A DNA stretch of 64,000 bases from an uncultured delta proteobacterium (lineage in GTDB: Bacteria > Desulfobacterota > Desulfomonilia > Desulfomonilales > Desulfomonilaceae): positions 192,001 through 256,000 of the forward strand of contig CAWBKB010000004.1 in assembly GCA_963789265.1 (NCBI GenBank), given 5' to 3'. This document shows positions 40,036-50,719 of the stretch, one piece after another; within the stretch, counting starts at the first letter, position 1; every line of letters starts with the position of its first letter. A program made the position numbers and the translations under genes. Under the pieces are notes generated by a model. It did no database searches, had not been told where the DNA came from, and saw only the letters and a list, made by a program, of their open reading frames with translations.

Positions 40036-41664
40036 ATGAAGAAAGAAACAAATGGCGAAGCAAATTCTTCCTTGGTCAAAAAATCGGCAAAGGGGGAGCG
40101 AGCCAATTGCCCGACTTGGCCAATTGAAGACAACCTTGCCGTGCTGGAGGACATGAGGGCCGAGGCCGCGCAAGGAGGCGGGGTTCAGAGGATTGCCCAG
40201 CAACATGCCCGAGGCAAATTAACGGCCAGGGAACGGTTGGATCTCCTACTGGACGAAGGATCTTTTGAGGAATTTGATGTACTTAAGGCCGGTAGGGGCG
40301 GCCATCTCGGCGGAGATCGAGAGTACCTGACCGACGGCGTGGTAACGGGTCACGGGACGATTGACGGTCGCGAGGTTTTTATTTTTAGCCAGGATTTCAC
40401 GGTCATTGGTGGCTCGCTCGGTGAAGCGCATTCCGAGAAAATCAGTAAAGTCATGGATCATGCGGTTCGGGTGGGAGCGCCGTTCATAGGGCTCAATGAT
40501 TCGGGCGGTGCCCGAATTCAGGAAGGTGTGGACGCGTTGGCCGCCTACGGGGAGATCTTCAACCGCAATGTTATGGCTAGTGGGGTGATCCCCCAGATTT
40601 CATGCATCATGGGTCCGTGCGCCGGAGGTGCCGTGTACAGCCCGGCAATGACAGACTTTACTTTCATGGTAGAAAGTTCTTCGTACATGTTCGTCACGGG
40701 TCCCAATGTGGTGAAAACGGTCATTCATCAACAAATTAGCTTCGAGGACCTGGGCGGCACAGGAGTGCACTCCGAAAAGAGCGGTGTGGCCCATTTCGTA
40801 TTACCCAATGACATTCTTTGCCTGCGGGAGGTGCGGCGACTCATAAACTATCTTCCTTCCAACAACCGGCAGAAGCCGCCCTTCCTGGATCTAAGAGACC
40901 CTTTGAACAGAATCGACCCGGCCCTTGATTATCTTGTCCCGGTCAATCCAAACCAGGCCTATGACATGAAGGTCCTGATTCACAGCATTTTGGATGGAGC
41001 CGAATTTTTCGAGATCCAGGCTCACTTTGCCAGGAATCTCATCGTAGGCTTCGGCAGACTGGGGGGCGAGACCATCGGATTGATAGCTAACCAACCTGCT
41101 GTGCTGGCCGGAGTGCTTGACACCAATGCTTCCGTCAAAGGTGCCAGATTCGTGCGATTCTGCGACGCTTTCAACATTCCGTTGATCTGCCTGGTTGACG
41201 TGCCGGGCTTCATGCCCGGGCCGGAGCAGGAACACGGAGGAATTATCCGGCATGGCGCGAAGCTTCTTTACGCGTTTATTGAGGCTACGGTGCCGCGTAT
41301 TACGGTGTTCGTGCGCAAGGCTTACGGAGGAGCTTACATTGTCATGAACTCCAAGCACATCGGAGCGGACATCAATTATGCCTGGCCCACTGCCGAGATA
41401 GCGGTTCTCGGGCCCCGGGGAGCCGCGGAAGTCATTTATCGGAAAGAAATTCAGTCCGGTGCGGACCCGACTGCTGTCCTGGCGGAAAAGGAAAGGCTTT
41501 ACCGCAAGGCGTTCGTAAACCCGTTTCTTGCGGCCAAGAGGGGCTACATAGACGATGTCATATTTCCTCGGGACACCCGCCTAAGGCTGATTCGGAGCCT
41601 TCAATTTCTCGAAGGCAAGAAGAAAGCCCAACCTAAACGCAAACACGGCAACATTCCCTTATGA
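40036..41664 (+). CDS. pccB: Acyl-CoA carboxylase carboxyltransferase subunit (propionyl-CoA carboxylase beta-like)
   Basis: GKLTARER, QDFTVIGGSLG, DSGGARIQEG, GPCAGGAVY, RKAYGGAY and KHGNIPL. Confidence 0.9.
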   Translation: MKKETNGEANSSLVKKSAKGERANCPTWPIEDNLAVLEDMRAEAAQGGGVQRIAQQHARGKLTARERLDLLLDEGSFEEFDVLKAGRGGHLGGDREYLTDGVVTGHGTIDGREVFIFSQDFTVIGGSLGEAHSEKISKVMDHAVRVGAPFIGLNDSGGARIQEGVDALAAYGEIFNRNVMASGVIPQISCIMGPCAGGAVYSPAMTDFTFMVESSSYMFVTGPNVVKTVIHQQISFEDLGGTGVHSEKSGVAHFVLPNDILCLREVRRLINYLPSNNRQKPPFLDLRDPLNRIDPALDYLVPVNPNQAYDMKVLIHSILDGAEFFEIQAHFARNLIVGFGRLGGETIGLIANQPAVLAGVLDTNASVKGARFVRFCDAFNIPLICLVDVPGFMPGPEQEHGGIIRHGAKLLYAFIEATVPRITVFVRKAYGGAYIVMNSKHIGADINYAWPTAEIAVLGPRGAAEVIYRKEIQSGADPTAVLAEKERLYRKAFVNPFLAAKRGYIDDVIFPRDTRLRLIRSLQFLEGKKKAQPKRKHGNIPL

Positions 41665-41673
41665 GGTTCAATA

Positions 41674-43687
41674 TTGATTGCAAAGATCTTGATCGCTAAC
41701 AGGGGCGAAATCGCTTCAAGGATAATTCGTACGTGCAAACGCATGGGCATCGGCACAGTTGCGATCTATTCAGAGGCTGATTTTCGCTCTCCGTATGTGC
41801 AGGAGGCGGATGAAGCAACATGCGTCGGTGCAAGTCCTTCGCAGGAGTCGTACCTCGTCAGGGAAAGAATCGTTGAAGCAGCCCTTGCCCATAGTTGCCA
41901 GGCAATCCATCCGGGTTACGGTTTTTTGTCCGAGAACTCGAAATTCGCTGAAATGGTGGCCGAAGCCGGTCTTGTTTTTGTCGGCCCTTCCGCGGCCGCA
42001 ATTGCTATGCTGGGGGACAAAGTGGCATCTAAGGCCCTCGCAATACGCGCGGGTGTGCCTGTAGTCCCAGGATACCACGAAGCCCTTGGAGACCCTCAAG
42101 AGGCCGCTGCCATCGCAGTGAAGATCGGGTTCCCCGTCTTGCTGAAACCGGCCGCAGGAGGAGGCGGCCGAGGAATGCGCATCGTAAACTCAAAGGAAGA
42201 GATCGCTCCGGCCCTCGCTGCATGTCGCGAAGAAACGAGAAAAAGCTTTGGGGACGAAAGAATATTCATGGAGCGCTATATTTCCAAGCCGCGCCATATA
42301 GAGATTCAGATTGTAGCCGATCAACATGGCAACGTTGTCCATCTAGGGGAAAGGGAATGCTCAATACAGCGCCGCTATCAGAAGGTTATTGAAGAAACCC
42401 CGTCTCCGGTGGTCGATGAGGCGCTCCGCGAAAGAATGGGCCGAGTCGCCTGCGCCCTCGCCGTTGAAGCCGGGTACACCGAGCGCGGGGACGGTGGAAT
42501 TTATCCTGGACGGGGAAAAGAATTTCTATTTCCTGGAAATGAATACTCGCCTTCAGGTTGAACATCCCGTGACAGAGATGGTGACCGCCGTGGATCTGGT
42601 TGAATTGCAGATCCGTGTCGCCGCGGGGCAGCCGCTGCCCGTCTCGCAAGAAGGCGTGGAAATGAAGGGGTGGGCTATAGAAGCCCGCATTTGCGCCGAA
42701 GATCCGGCCCGGGGCTTTGTCCCCACCACCGGCATGGTTACGCGTTACGCAGTCCCCCGCGGCAAGAATGTGCGAGTGGACAGCGGCATTGACGCGGGAA
42801 GTGTAATAAGCATCTATTACGATTCATTATTGGCCAAGGTGATTGCGTTTGGTGAGAGCAGAGAAGAGGCCAGGAGGACTCTTGTAAGGGCCCTGAACGG
42901 GTACCACATAGAAGGATTGATCACCAATGTTGATTTTGCCAATGCCATCATAGGTCATCCTGCGTTTGCCGCCGGGGAATTGTCTACGGACTTTATCGAG
43001 GAACACTTTGGCGGGGGACAATCCAAGATTCCGCCCGACGGAGAAAAGATTCGTTACATGGTTATAGGGGCTGCATTGATATACCAGACGCGCCAGAGTC
43101 TCGCGCGGCAATCTTTGAAGCCGATGACAGCACTGGTTGGCGGGCCGCCGGCACGGCTCGCTTCTCATCATTACGTCGTGAAAGTCGATGAAGATGTATT
43201 CGAAGTAGAACTCAAAGGGGATCAGGGATCCCGACGCTGGATCGCCCGGGTGAATGACAAATCGTATGAGGTGATCACTCCGGAATTCGAATACTATCGC
43301 CGCCGGCTCAAGCTTAAGATTGACGGCACTTACCGTATGTTCCGTTTTCAGTACAGCGAAAATCACATACAGGGTTTTTTTTGTGGGATTGTTCGCATGA
43401 TCGAAATCTACACTCCGCAGGAATGGAGCCTAACGCATTACATGCCGCGAGAAAAGAAGATCGTTCCGGAGAACGTTCTCAAATGCCCGATGCCCGGCCT
43501 GCTGGTCGCGGTATCTGTTCAAGAGGGTTCTTATGTCCGGCGTGGTGACGAGCTTTTACGCATGGAGTCTATGAAAATGGAAAGCGGTATTGCATCCCCG
43601 GTGGACGGGCAGGTTGAGAAAATCCTTGTTCATTCAGGCCAAACGGTAGAAACGGATGAGACGCTCATGACTTTCAAGCTTTCATGA
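41674..43687 (+). CDS. pccA: Biotin carboxylase plus biotin carrier subunit (propionyl-CoA carboxylase alpha-like); apparent +1 frameshift near 42481
   Basis: ILIANRGEIA, HPGYGFLSEN, GGGGRGMR, ERECSIQRR, LEMNTRLQVEHPVTE and biotinylation motif ESMKME. Confidence 0.88.
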
Positions 43688-43707
43688 CATCGAAGACTCC
43701 ACAGAGG

Positions 43708-43980
43708 TAACGATTCAGTTATCCGGGCAGGGGGAATCCCGAGCCCTGAAGGTGCGTACCAAGAATAGCCACGGCTGCAAACCCGTGGAACCGGATGCTC
43801 CCAGCCCCGAATCACCGACCCTAACGGGGGCGACCGAACGTGGCGATTCTGGATGAGGTGGACCCTTCCAGGTTCCTTTGGAACCAACGCCGTGCCCTTT
43901 TCCGTGGGTTTACACCCACGGCTACCGTTGGATTGCCCCTTCAGGGCACTGATGACACGCTCCGCTTAACTGAATGCTTA
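43708..43980. repeat. MITE-like element with terminal and nested inverted repeats
   Basis: Ends TAACGATTCAGTTA and TAACTGAATGCTTA. Internal pair GCCCTGAAGG/CCTTCAGGGC and TAGCCACGG-type palindromes. Confidence 0.6.
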
Positions 43981-44071
43981 TTTCTCGGGTCCCCTTGCGT
44001 TTGAAAATCGGGAGCCTTTCATATATATTCCTATGCCTTTATATGAAGACCATTCTGACACAAGGTATTGA

Positions 44072-45727
44072 ATGCCGGAATTCTTTCGCAAATGTTCATG
44101 GGAGACGGTTGTCCGCATTCTATTTTGGGTGATAGGCCCGCTTATGGCCGCAGTTCTCGCCTATACGACTCGCTATTTCATAAATGGCGATGCAATTGCG
44201 TACATTCAGATGGGAGATGCGCTGAGGCACGGTCAACTCTGGGGGCTAACCAACCTTACGTATAGTCCGGGATACCCTGTGCTCTTGGCGTTGGGCCAGA
44301 TCCTGCTCAACACCAGCCCTCCGAACGAACTGGAAACGCTGAGGATCGTCAATTTCTTTTGCTTTCTCCTGGCTATGGTCTCTTGCGAACTGTTCATGAT
44401 GTTCTGCAAGCGAGAAGGCGCAGCCCTTTCGAGCTCTAATGAACCCTTACTGCCGCGTCCAATCATGAGCCTCCTGTGCTACTCGACTTTTCTGCTGGCT
44501 ACGCTCGTTTGGATAAAAGTGCAGCTTCTGAACCCTGACATGCTCGTGATGGCGCTTATGCTGACCGGTGCCGCGCTTATTCTCTGGATCAGAGAAAATC
44601 CGGCAATTCATAGGTATATTGTTCTTGGGGTGTGTTGTGGAATGGGCTATTACCTCAAATCCTTTTTTTTCATTTTCTCGAGCGTCTTTTTCTTGCTTGC
44701 GGCTCTTTGTGCCCGGACTTATTGGAAAGCGTTATCTCGAACGGCAGTTGCCATTTTGGTCATGCTGCTGGTGGCCTCGCCTCTAATTGCCGCATTGTCG
44801 CACAAACTCGGACGATTCACCTACGGTGAGCTGGGGAAACAGGCGTACGCGTATTTCATTTCCGGCACGGGCAAACCATTTCGCCCCAAATTGATTGACG
44901 AAAAGACGCAAACCTTCTTTTACCTGGGTGGCGATCCAGTCGCCAGGCAGTGTGACATGTGCTACTGGCAAGAAGGAATAGTCCCCAAGTTTGATTTTAA
45001 GGCTCATGCCAAAGTTTTCTTGCACAATCTCATTGATGTGTTCAATGAGCTTCCATTCATTTTTTTGGTGGTTGCCTGGTACTTCGTACAAGTTCGCTTA
45101 TGCTCGTATTCCTTCGCCAGTTCTCATCCACCCTCCTTCTACTTGATTCTCGCATTCATTTCACTGGCGGGAGTGGGTTTCTATACTCTAATACACGTGG
45201 AAACTAGATACATTGCCGGCGCTTTGTTCATTGGTTTTGCGACTCTGGTCATGAGTGTCAGGTGTCCGGCTCGGGCTGACTGGAAGGCCCTGATGCCGTC
45301 AATCCTGTTCCTGTGCCTTCTTTGGCCGCACCTAATTTATTCGGGCGTAGATCAGAGCTTGCGCTCACTGCGATCGACCCCGACAAAACCGTCGTACAAA
45401 GAGAGCTACTTGGAGTTGTACACAGTGAAGAATTTTGTGCTAAGCAACGGATTGAAAAAAGGAAACGAAACAGCCATTCTGGGGGAACCGCCGGTTTACT
45501 GGGCCAGATTTGCGGGTGTACGGATAACGGCGGAAATCCAAGCGCCCAAGGAATTCCTGGCCATCAACGAAAATCAGAGAAAGCATGTTCTGGAAAAGCT
45601 CGATGGTCAGGGAATCAAGGCCGTAGTGGGTAGGGGCGCCTGTCTAAGCGGCCTCGTACGCGAGGGCTGGCGGCATGTGGCAGGTACACGCGATTATTAC
45701 GTGATGTTCATCCATGCGGGTCGCTGA
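44072..45727 (+). CDS. Polytopic membrane protein, probable GT-C glycosyltransferase
   Basis: NGDAIAYIQMG, YSPGYP, NPD and RY motifs with more than 10 TM segments. Confidence 0.65.
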   Translation: MPEFFRKCSWETVVRILFWVIGPLMAAVLAYTTRYFINGDAIAYIQMGDALRHGQLWGLTNLTYSPGYPVLLALGQILLNTSPPNELETLRIVNFFCFLLAMVSCELFMMFCKREGAALSSSNEPLLPRPIMSLLCYSTFLLATLVWIKVQLLNPDMLVMALMLTGAALILWIRENPAIHRYIVLGVCCGMGYYLKSFFFIFSSVFFLLAALCARTYWKALSRTAVAILVMLLVASPLIAALSHKLGRFTYGELGKQAYAYFISGTGKPFRPKLIDEKTQTFFYLGGDPVARQCDMCYWQEGIVPKFDFKAHAKVFLHNLIDVFNELPFIFLVVAWYFVQVRLCSYSFASSHPPSFYLILAFISLAGVGFYTLIHVETRYIAGALFIGFATLVMSVRCPARADWKALMPSILFLCLLWPHLIYSGVDQSLRSLRSTPTKPSYKESYLELYTVKNFVLSNGLKKGNETAILGEPPVYWARFAGVRITAEIQAPKEFLAINENQRKHVLEKLDGQGIKAVVGRGACLSGLVREGWRHVAGTRDYYVMFIHAGR

Positions 45728-45738
45728 CTACTCCTATG

Positions 45739-45918
45739 CCTAAATTCGGTCGAGCATTCTGGTGTCATTGCCGTTCTCCCCTCAGTGGGACGGGCATCTT
45801 GCCCGTCATTAAGCGACAGGCAGGATGCCTGTCCCACCAAGAATCAAGACCAGACGCCGGATTGGAGTCCAGGCGTCTGATGGATTCAAAGCGTCCGAAA
45901 TAAAGCACCGTATTTAGG
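45739..45918. repeat. Inverted-repeat-bounded element containing a GTGG-type REP pair
   Basis: Ends CCTAAATTCGGT and ACCGTATTTAGG. Internal ACGGGCATCTTGCCCGTCATT...CCTGTCCCACC also at about 21811-21870. Left end is similar to about 30976. Confidence 0.6.
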
Positions 45919-45940
45919 AAATCGGTCGCTAAACATTCCA

Positions 45941-46657
45941 TTATGCATTTCTCGCCGAAATAAAGAGAGATTGCGCAGACCTCCTGAGAAACGGCACCCG
46001 TTCAAGCATGTCGCCTGCCTTTATAAGGACTGGAATCAGTGAATCAGGCGTGTTGGGTAGAAGAAAGTCGCGATACTCGACTCGAATATGACTGAAGCCG
46101 GCTTCAGCCAGCTTTCTTGCAATCCATTTCCCTGTAAACGCCATTTCCTGGGGCTCCATGCGAATCAGTCTGCGAAGGAGGCCGATCCTGAAAATTAAAA
46201 AAACGACAGGATTATAAAGGTTTGGTTCCCAAAAGATCAGCTCGCCACGGGGTACGAGCAGATTTTTCAGTCTTGGCAGTACATCGTTCAGATCTCCGTA
46301 AAGATGATGAAGTATCCCGTTGCCTACGATGTAATCGAATTGACTGCCGAGTTGCTCCGCCAAATCCGGCCTACTAACGTCAAGAATCTCAAACGATAGG
46401 TTCGGGGCCTGGTGATTGCGGCGGGCTTCGTCGATAAAATCTTTGCAAATGTCGGTAGCCAACACATCAGAGCCCTCATGTTCGGCCAGCAGTTTACTCA
46501 TATAGCCAGTCCCGCACCCCAATTCCAAGATTCTGTGCGGCCGGCTGACATCCATTTCAGCAACCATGCGTTGGCAGCGGCGGTCGCTTCTCAGCTCCCA
46601 CGCCTTGGTGGGAATAAAGCACTGATTGTAGCCTCTATCATCGGCAATTGCGCGCAC
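45941..46657 (-). CDS. Class I SAM-dependent methyltransferase
   Basis: ILELGCGTG, FDYIVGNGILHH and FWEPN. Confidence 0.85.
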   Translation of the reverse strand: MRAIADDRGYNQCFIPTKAWELRSDRRCQRMVAEMDVSRPHRILELGCGTGYMSKLLAEHEGSDVLATDICKDFIDEARRNHQAPNLSFEILDVSRPDLAEQLGSQFDYIVGNGILHHLYGDLNDVLPRLKNLLVPRGELIFWEPNLYNPVVFLIFRIGLLRRLIRMEPQEMAFTGKWIARKLAEAGFSHIRVEYRDFLLPNTPDSLIPVLIKAGDMLERVPFLRRSAQSLFISARNA

Positions 46658-46822
46658 GACACTCTCCAGGAGAAGGCATGCCTAGTACAGGTTTTCGTAA
46701 ATACGGTCGTGGATTTGGGTGCCACTGCTGGCTTGTCCAGCAGTGGCACCCAACCAAAGGCGATTACCCCCACACGAGATGGTATTTCGTGTAATCGTAC
46801 TTAGGAAATAGAGTACTTAGCT

Positions 46823-48292
46823 TCATTTCCTCAGCAACCGATCTCTCAGAATTCTCATCAAAAATGGCGGATACAAAAGCCCGTTTCTGAAAAGCAGCGT
46901 ATCCTTCAAAAGGGTGAAAAATTTTGCTCGCATGAATGTGCGGTAAAAGCGCTTCTCCCTTGTCATCAGATCGCTCTCGGAAAAGTCTTTCGTGACAATG
47001 AACGGCTTATACAAGATGTTGTCGTCACTTTCCTCTGTATCAAGAATCGTCCAATCATTCTTGATACAATCTTCATACAACTTGGTGCCCGGCAGAGGGT
47101 TGGCAAAGGCCGCGGCCGCGCCGTTCAGCGGCAAAGTCTTCAGTTGCCGCAGAGTCTTTTCGAATTTTTCCTCTGTTTCTCCGGGCATCCCGATAATGTA
47201 AAAAGCAGTAACTACAAGGCCGATTTCGGCTGCGATTTTGGTTACGCTTTCAATCTTCTCATCAGTAAGCCGTTTTCCTATGACTTTATTTCTTAACTCC
47301 TCATCTCCGCTCTCTATGGCCACGCAGATTCCTTTGCATCCCGCCTGCTTCATCGCGGAGAGGACCTCTTTATCAAGCGTATTAATGGAGATGCCATTGG
47401 GGGTATTCCATCGAATTCTAACTTCGGATCGCAGTATTGCTTCGCATATCTCCATAACCCGAGTTTTGCTGAACGTAAAATTGTCGTCCATAATGAAGAG
47501 GTCCTGGACATTATATTGTTGTTTCAGATGCAGAATTTCACCCAAGACATTTTCAGGGCTCCGCGAACGCCAACGCGGACCGTGTATTTTGTACATACTG
47601 CAGAAATTGCAGCGATTCGGGCATGATCGACTGGTGAGGATCGAAGCGGACCTTTTCAGTCCCAGGCCGTGAAGCACACTCTTCCTAGTCAAATATGCCT
47701 CAAAATCTATGAGGTCACGGGCGGGGAAAGGAATATGGTCCAGATCTTTTATGTATGAATGTTTCGGCGTGATGACTACTTCGCCGTTTCTTGAGAAAGC
47801 GACCCCTTCGATCTTCATAAGGGAGTCAGTGGAATCCGACAGAGCGTTCAATAAATCCAGTAGCGAACGTTCCCCTTCTCCGATCACGCAGTAATCGATT
47901 AAGCCGGTTTTAATGACTTCTTCAGGAAACAATGAAGGATAAGTGCCACCGGCTACAAGGGTTACACCCGGAAATCTTCGCCTGATGTCCCGGGCAAGCC
48001 TCAGAAAGTCGCCTTTCTTCTTGCTGAACATACAGGTTATGCCGATGACGTCAGGTTGATATGTGTCTATCTCCTCAAATGTCTTCTCTGTGGTGAGGCC
48101 GTACCAATACAGGTTTTGATCAACCTTTGTCACACGCTTGTTGGCCAAACAATCCAGGATGCCCACTTTGTGGCTGGAAAACTCTCTGACATAAGACGCC
48201 AAATACAAAAGCCCCAAGGGCTCCGTCACTTGCAGCCAGGGCGTTTGATAGGTAACCGGCGGGTTGACAAGGAGTAGCCTCAAATCAATCAT
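46823..48292 (-). CDS. B12-binding radical SAM protein (class B methylase-like)
   Basis: EPLGLLYLAS, GEGE, TSRSCPNRCNFC, MDDNF, IESG and IIGMPGET. Confidence 0.9.
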   Translation of the reverse strand: MIDLRLLLVNPPVTYQTPWLQVTEPLGLLYLASYVREFSSHKVGILDCLANKRVTKVDQNLYWYGLTTEKTFEEIDTYQPDVIGITCMFSKKKGDFLRLARDIRRRFPGVTLVAGGTYPSLFPEEVIKTGLIDYCVIGEGERSLLDLLNALSDSTDSLMKIEGVAFSRNGEVVITPKHSYIKDLDHIPFPARDLIDFEAYLTRKSVLHGLGLKRSASILTSRSCPNRCNFCSMYKIHGPRWRSRSPENVLGEILHLKQQYNVQDLFIMDDNFTFSKTRVMEICEAILRSEVRIRWNTPNGISINTLDKEVLSAMKQAGCKGICVAIESGDEELRNKVIGKRLTDEKIESVTKIAAEIGLVVTAFYIIGMPGETEEKFEKTLRQLKTLPLNGAAAAFANPLPGTKLYEDCIKNDWTILDTEESDDNILYKPFIVTKDFSESDLMTREKRFYRTFMRAKFFTLLKDTLLFRNGLLYPPFLMRILRDRLLRK

Positions 48293-48313
48293 TCCTCATC
48301 TGCGTAGCCCGGA

Positions 48314-50362
48314 TCAGATAGTTCGCCTCTCGCCATGCCGACCTCGAACAGAAATTTTCGCGAGCTTAATGAACTCAGTAATGTCATCAGGGGAGTCTAT
48401 GATTTCGTTTCCCTTCATGACCCTCGAACGGATGTAACGCGGTCGATTCTTTACCTCTTCAAGCACTTTTCCCAGGTAATCCCCCAATATACTGAGCGAC
48501 AAGAGTTGGATTCCACCCAGTCCCAAGATCAGAATGATGACAGTCGGTATGCCCTTGGCATTTGCCGGTGGATAAAGCAAAGCAGAGCCCAGATAGAACA
48601 GACCCATAACAAGACTGACTGCAAACATGATGGTTCCAAGCGTTTGAATATATTCCAACGGCTTGATGCTGAACGAGAAGATCGCTTTTTTCGCCCACCA
48701 GATATTCTTGAGGAAATTATTTGTTGACCTGCCGAACATCCGCTCGGGCCTCACATACAGAACTCCCGTTTGCCTGAAACCCGCCCAAGCTCTCAGTCCC
48801 CTCAGAAAAATGTCCTTCTCGGGGAACTTAACGATGTAGTCCATTACTTTTCTATCGATTAAAGAAAAGTCTCCTGCATCAACAGGTATTTCTACGTCGG
48901 ACAAATGTCGAAAGACGCGGTAAAACAACTTGTACAGCAATTGTAAGTGCAAAGGCGCGACCCGCCTTGTTCTGATGCCGTAAACCACTTCGAAACCGTC
49001 ATTCCACTTTTTGATGAACTCTGAGATCAACTCCGGTGGGTCTTGAAGATCGCCATCCAACAGCACCACCGCGTCACCGGTAGCGATCTCCATGCCACTC
49101 AAGAATGCGGACTGCGAACCGAAATTACGAGAATGAGAAACCCCTATCACATGAGGGTCCCGGCGGCACAATTGGCAGATCACTTCTTCATCTTCTGTAG
49201 GGCTGCGATCATTGACGAACACTATCTCATATTCTACGCCTTCGGCCTCGAAGACTTTTACGAGCCGCTCGTGCATGATCGGGATCGCTTCATGGTCACG
49301 ATAACAGGCAATGATGGCGGAGATTCGTTTGGTACTTTTCGGGATTGGTGCAAATCGAATGATTTTCCTTGCAGCCGTCTCCCACAGTCCGGCCAGTTTC
49401 AGACCTTCATCAAACGAAATCCGGTGTTGCCATCTCATTTTTTGTAAGGCAAGACTGGGATTGCCGAACCAATCCGATAAGTCCCATTTGCGATTTCCCA
49501 TACTTCCAAATTTGGCCTTTGCCTTCACGTCAAAAATGCGTCCTGCGATCTCGGCAACTTCTTCGAGAGAAGTCTTGGTTCCCGATGCGATGTTGATCGA
49601 GAGCCCCGGTTCCGTCTTGCACACCGTGAGGGCAGCCTTCACCAATGCCCTTAAGCAGTCGTCTATGTATACGAAATCACGTGAAATATTACGATCGACA
49701 AAAGGTGGAAATGTCCCGTCCAAAGCATTTGTCAAAAGCACCGGTATGAGACGGTCACGCTCTTCCCACGGTCCATAAACGGAGTAAAGTCTCAGATTCA
49801 CGCACGGAAAGCCCTTGATTCTGCCGTAGTACTTTACGAGAAACGAACCGGCTGCCTTGGAGACCGCATAATGGCTATTGGGCAGAAGCTCGTCCGATTC
49901 ATCGGGGGCCGAGCAATTCAAGCCGTACTCGGAAGAGCTTCCCGCCTGCACGAAGGCATCACACCCGTGTTCGAGCAAAGTTCGAATCAGATGTAACGTT
50001 CCCAAATAGTTTACATCGTGAATACGAAGCGCATCACTCTGTCTTTCGAATCCGCCGTAAGCGGCCATATTGAATACTGTTCTCGGTTGCAGTTGAGAAA
50101 CGACATCGTCCACCTTGTTCGGATACGTGATGTCCACTGAAAAGCAGCGGTGAAAGCTGTTGGGCGAGTTAGCCAACCTCCAACTGCTCCCTACGTCTCG
50201 GGACACTCCGTAGACATCGTCGCGAAGACTCGACAGCCGGAAAAAAAGGTTTGCGCCTATGAAGCCGGATGCGCCGAAAATAGCGATGGGTCCGGAGAGC
50301 CGCAGGGCATCCTCGCGATCGGCATTATTCCAATGGTCGGGAAATAGGGAATTGTCAGTCAT
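48314..50362 (-). CDS. NAD-dependent epimerase/dehydratase fused to a GtrB/ArnC-like GT2
   Basis: IFGASGFIG, GSSSEYG and YAVSK (YxxxK), then SRNFGSQ, LDGDLQDPPE and two C-terminal TMs with GDYLGK. The ORF-track extension to 50563 is repeat-derived. Confidence 0.88.
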   Translation of the reverse strand: MTDNSLFPDHWNNADREDALRLSGPIAIFGASGFIGANLFFRLSSLRDDVYGVSRDVGSSWRLANSPNSFHRCFSVDITYPNKVDDVVSQLQPRTVFNMAAYGGFERQSDALRIHDVNYLGTLHLIRTLLEHGCDAFVQAGSSSEYGLNCSAPDESDELLPNSHYAVSKAAGSFLVKYYGRIKGFPCVNLRLYSVYGPWEERDRLIPVLLTNALDGTFPPFVDRNISRDFVYIDDCLRALVKAALTVCKTEPGLSINIASGTKTSLEEVAEIAGRIFDVKAKAKFGSMGNRKWDLSDWFGNPSLALQKMRWQHRISFDEGLKLAGLWETAARKIIRFAPIPKSTKRISAIIACYRDHEAIPIMHERLVKVFEAEGVEYEIVFVNDRSPTEDEEVICQLCRRDPHVIGVSHSRNFGSQSAFLSGMEIATGDAVVLLDGDLQDPPELISEFIKKWNDGFEVVYGIRTRRVAPLHLQLLYKLFYRVFRHLSDVEIPVDAGDFSLIDRKVMDYIVKFPEKDIFLRGLRAWAGFRQTGVLYVRPERMFGRSTNNFLKNIWWAKKAIFSFSIKPLEYIQTLGTIMFAVSLVMGLFYLGSALLYPPANAKGIPTVIILILGLGGIQLLSLSILGDYLGKVLEEVKNRPRYIRSRVMKGNEIIDSPDDITEFIKLAKISVRGRHGERRTI

Positions 50363-50377
50363 GGACGCGGTCCTGTA

Positions 50378-50627
50378 ATACCAATGCGTCATCAAACAAG
50401 TGACAATCTTAAACAGGATATAGTGGGGCATCCCGCGTTCCGCGGGATCACCCCGGACTTCGATCCGGGCTATGTAGGGGCGGACCTGCGTGTCCGCCCA
50501 GGGCAGACACATAGGTCTGCCCCTACAATTGATCCCCGCGTACGCGGGCATGACGACAGGCAATCACGCCCGGGCGTGACTGTCCCACAAAAAACACGGT
50601 TTCACTTGTTCGAAAGCGAATCGATAT
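50378..50627. repeat. Composite MITE-like repeat, same family as 11866-12147
   Basis: Imperfect terminal IR (ATACCAATGCG..CAAGTGAC and TTCACTTGTTCGAAAGCGAATCGATAT). Shared core TCCCGCGTTCCGCGGGATCAC and GTAG REPs. Confidence 0.7.
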
Positions 50628-50719
50628 AAAGTGTCTCCGAAAGAGGGTTCGACCTAATAAGAGGAACTCCCCGGACTCTTTGAAACGCCAGACAGAACTA
50701 GCCTGTACCGTTTTACTTT